From positions 19,617,376 to 19,681,373 of the forward strand of contig NC_068995.1 of NCBI RefSeq assembly GCF_001194135.2: 63,998 bases of DNA. The letters run 5' to 3'. Position 1 is the first letter of the stretch. Each line of letters opens with the position of its first letter. Shown here piece after piece: positions 62,611 to 63,998 of the stretch. The position numbers and the translations under genes were made by a program. Source of the stretch: Octopus bimaculoides. Its lineage: Eukaryota. The notes under the pieces were generated by a model. It saw only the letters and a list, made by a program, of their open reading frames with translations, ran no database searches and was not told the DNA's origin.

Positions 62611-63998
62611 GCCTTTGCTTTAATATTATTCTTTTGCACATTCTTCCCATCTGTCATCTTTTCACATTCATACATATACATATATACACACACATACACA
62701 TACATACATACTCACATACACACACATACTCAAACGCATACTTGAAATTTAACATACACACACATTACTTCAGTCACTTAAATATTGTTTTCCTTTCTCT
62801 CTACATGTGGAGAGGGAGAGAAGCTTGGTATTGAGGTATGTGTGTGATGGAGGGATTGTTTGAAGAAACGTATGAAATACACCCAAAGAAGTGATTTGAA
62901 GAATAGAATGCGAAGTAAAGAGTGGAGTTACTAAAAGTTAATCGTTAGGATATGAAGAAGTTTGTGATGATGTCCATCGGCAAAAAATAAAACCGAAATG
63001 ATGTAAACTCACACACTGATTGGAGTAGTGAACTCCAAAATTTATTAACTTCTTCGTTTAGCATCATCTTCAGCAATTGTCCCTAGGTGAATATGTTACG
63101 AACAACGTGGAGACAAGGTCAGTCTATTAAGTGCATTCCGGTTTCAATTTCAATGGATAAGGATTTTGAGAGGCTATTTTGGACTACTTCTAGAAGTTAA
63201 TAGAGCTTCGTGAAAACCGTGTATGATGATTAACGAAATATAAGTATTAAGTTCAGGGAGTACAATATTTTTTTGATCTGTCATAAAGTCAATATATTAA
63301 AACCTGGCGGGGACAATCTTCTCTTAATCACATGGACAGTATATTAGGTTGTTCATGAAACCAATGTTTGGATGAATCACTCGTCCAATGCCAAAGCGTC
63401 TAATTGGATCCGATCCGTCCCCGAAAGGAATCGTTTCCCCAGAAGAATTGTACTTCAAATTTGCAATCTACTAAATCTCTCATCGCTGCTTCAACTAGTA
63501 AATGATCCTTTGCATGAGAACTCCTGTCAGACTTTTGGGTTAAACTATTGGAAATGCGTGCATGCGACACAAATACAGACCACTGCTGGTGACACGATAA
63601 CCTATCGACACACTGATGAACACCTATCAGTGGCTTCCAGTACAATAGAATTCGAAGCAGAAGCTTTAGCAAGCATGTACATAGATTGTTAATCAATACT
63701 TTAGGCACATCAAGCAATCATATAAACATATACAACCATGCATATACATACATCCACACAAACATACACACCTACACACATATGATAAGAGAGAGGGAGA
63801 GAGAGAGAGAAGGAGGTAATAATTAAAAGAATGACTGGGAAGAGATTGGTACTCAAGATGAAACGGTCGCACTTAGACAACGTTAATTATATAGTTTCAC
63901 TGTAAAAATAATCAGCCACTGTATCCAATAATCTTTTTATGAGTCAACTGAAAGCAGTCTCAACGTGGTTGGTCAGTCTGCTAGAAATAGAAACCAAA

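Noticed and set aside
63080-63717. Possible RTE-type LINE C-terminal remnant and two ~105-aa ORFs
   Set aside because: Only a faint HVI...P.Q.L.Y.L resemblance after assuming frameshifts; not enough to call.

Overview
Eukaryotic, AT-rich, repeat-dominated window with no host protein-coding gene, RNA gene or CRISPR array that I can support. It has 18 N-gaps (about 6.2 kb), almost all flanked by microsatellites. The very high simple-repeat density and three to four recurrent tRNA-type SINE families look like Octopus or another coleoid cephalopod intron or intergenic DNA (inference). Nearly all long ORFs in the track are artefacts of microsatellites or N-runs. The real protein similarity belongs to decayed transposons: an RTE/L2-group RT fragment (~2.4-2.7 kb, -), an L1/Tx1 3' end with CCHC finger and (AGT)n tail (4.7-6.0 kb, +), a near-full-length Tc1/mariner with TIRs and TA duplication (30780-31952, -), three R4/Dong-type RLE LINE fragments (39.3-40.3, 44.4-44.8, 59.7-59.8 kb), a HERO-type LINE RT (51.2-51.9 kb), a ~4.3 kb fossil Helitron Rep/helicase gene (54.5-58.9 kb, -) and a Jockey/CR1-group RT remnant (59.0-59.5 kb). 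Non-autonomous elements include hAT MITEs, a Helentron-type HINE and about 20 SINE copies, with a same-strand array and a nested insertion at 59.5-62.0 kb. The least-explained structures are three fold-back (inverted-repeat) elements at 30.1, 43.6-43.7 and 46.4-46.6 kb carrying partial hammerhead-ribozyme-like motifs, and a CRE/CCAAT/twin E-box cluster at 17.05-17.15 kb. I found no convincing novel gene system. All family assignments rest on motif recognition by eye, not database searches.
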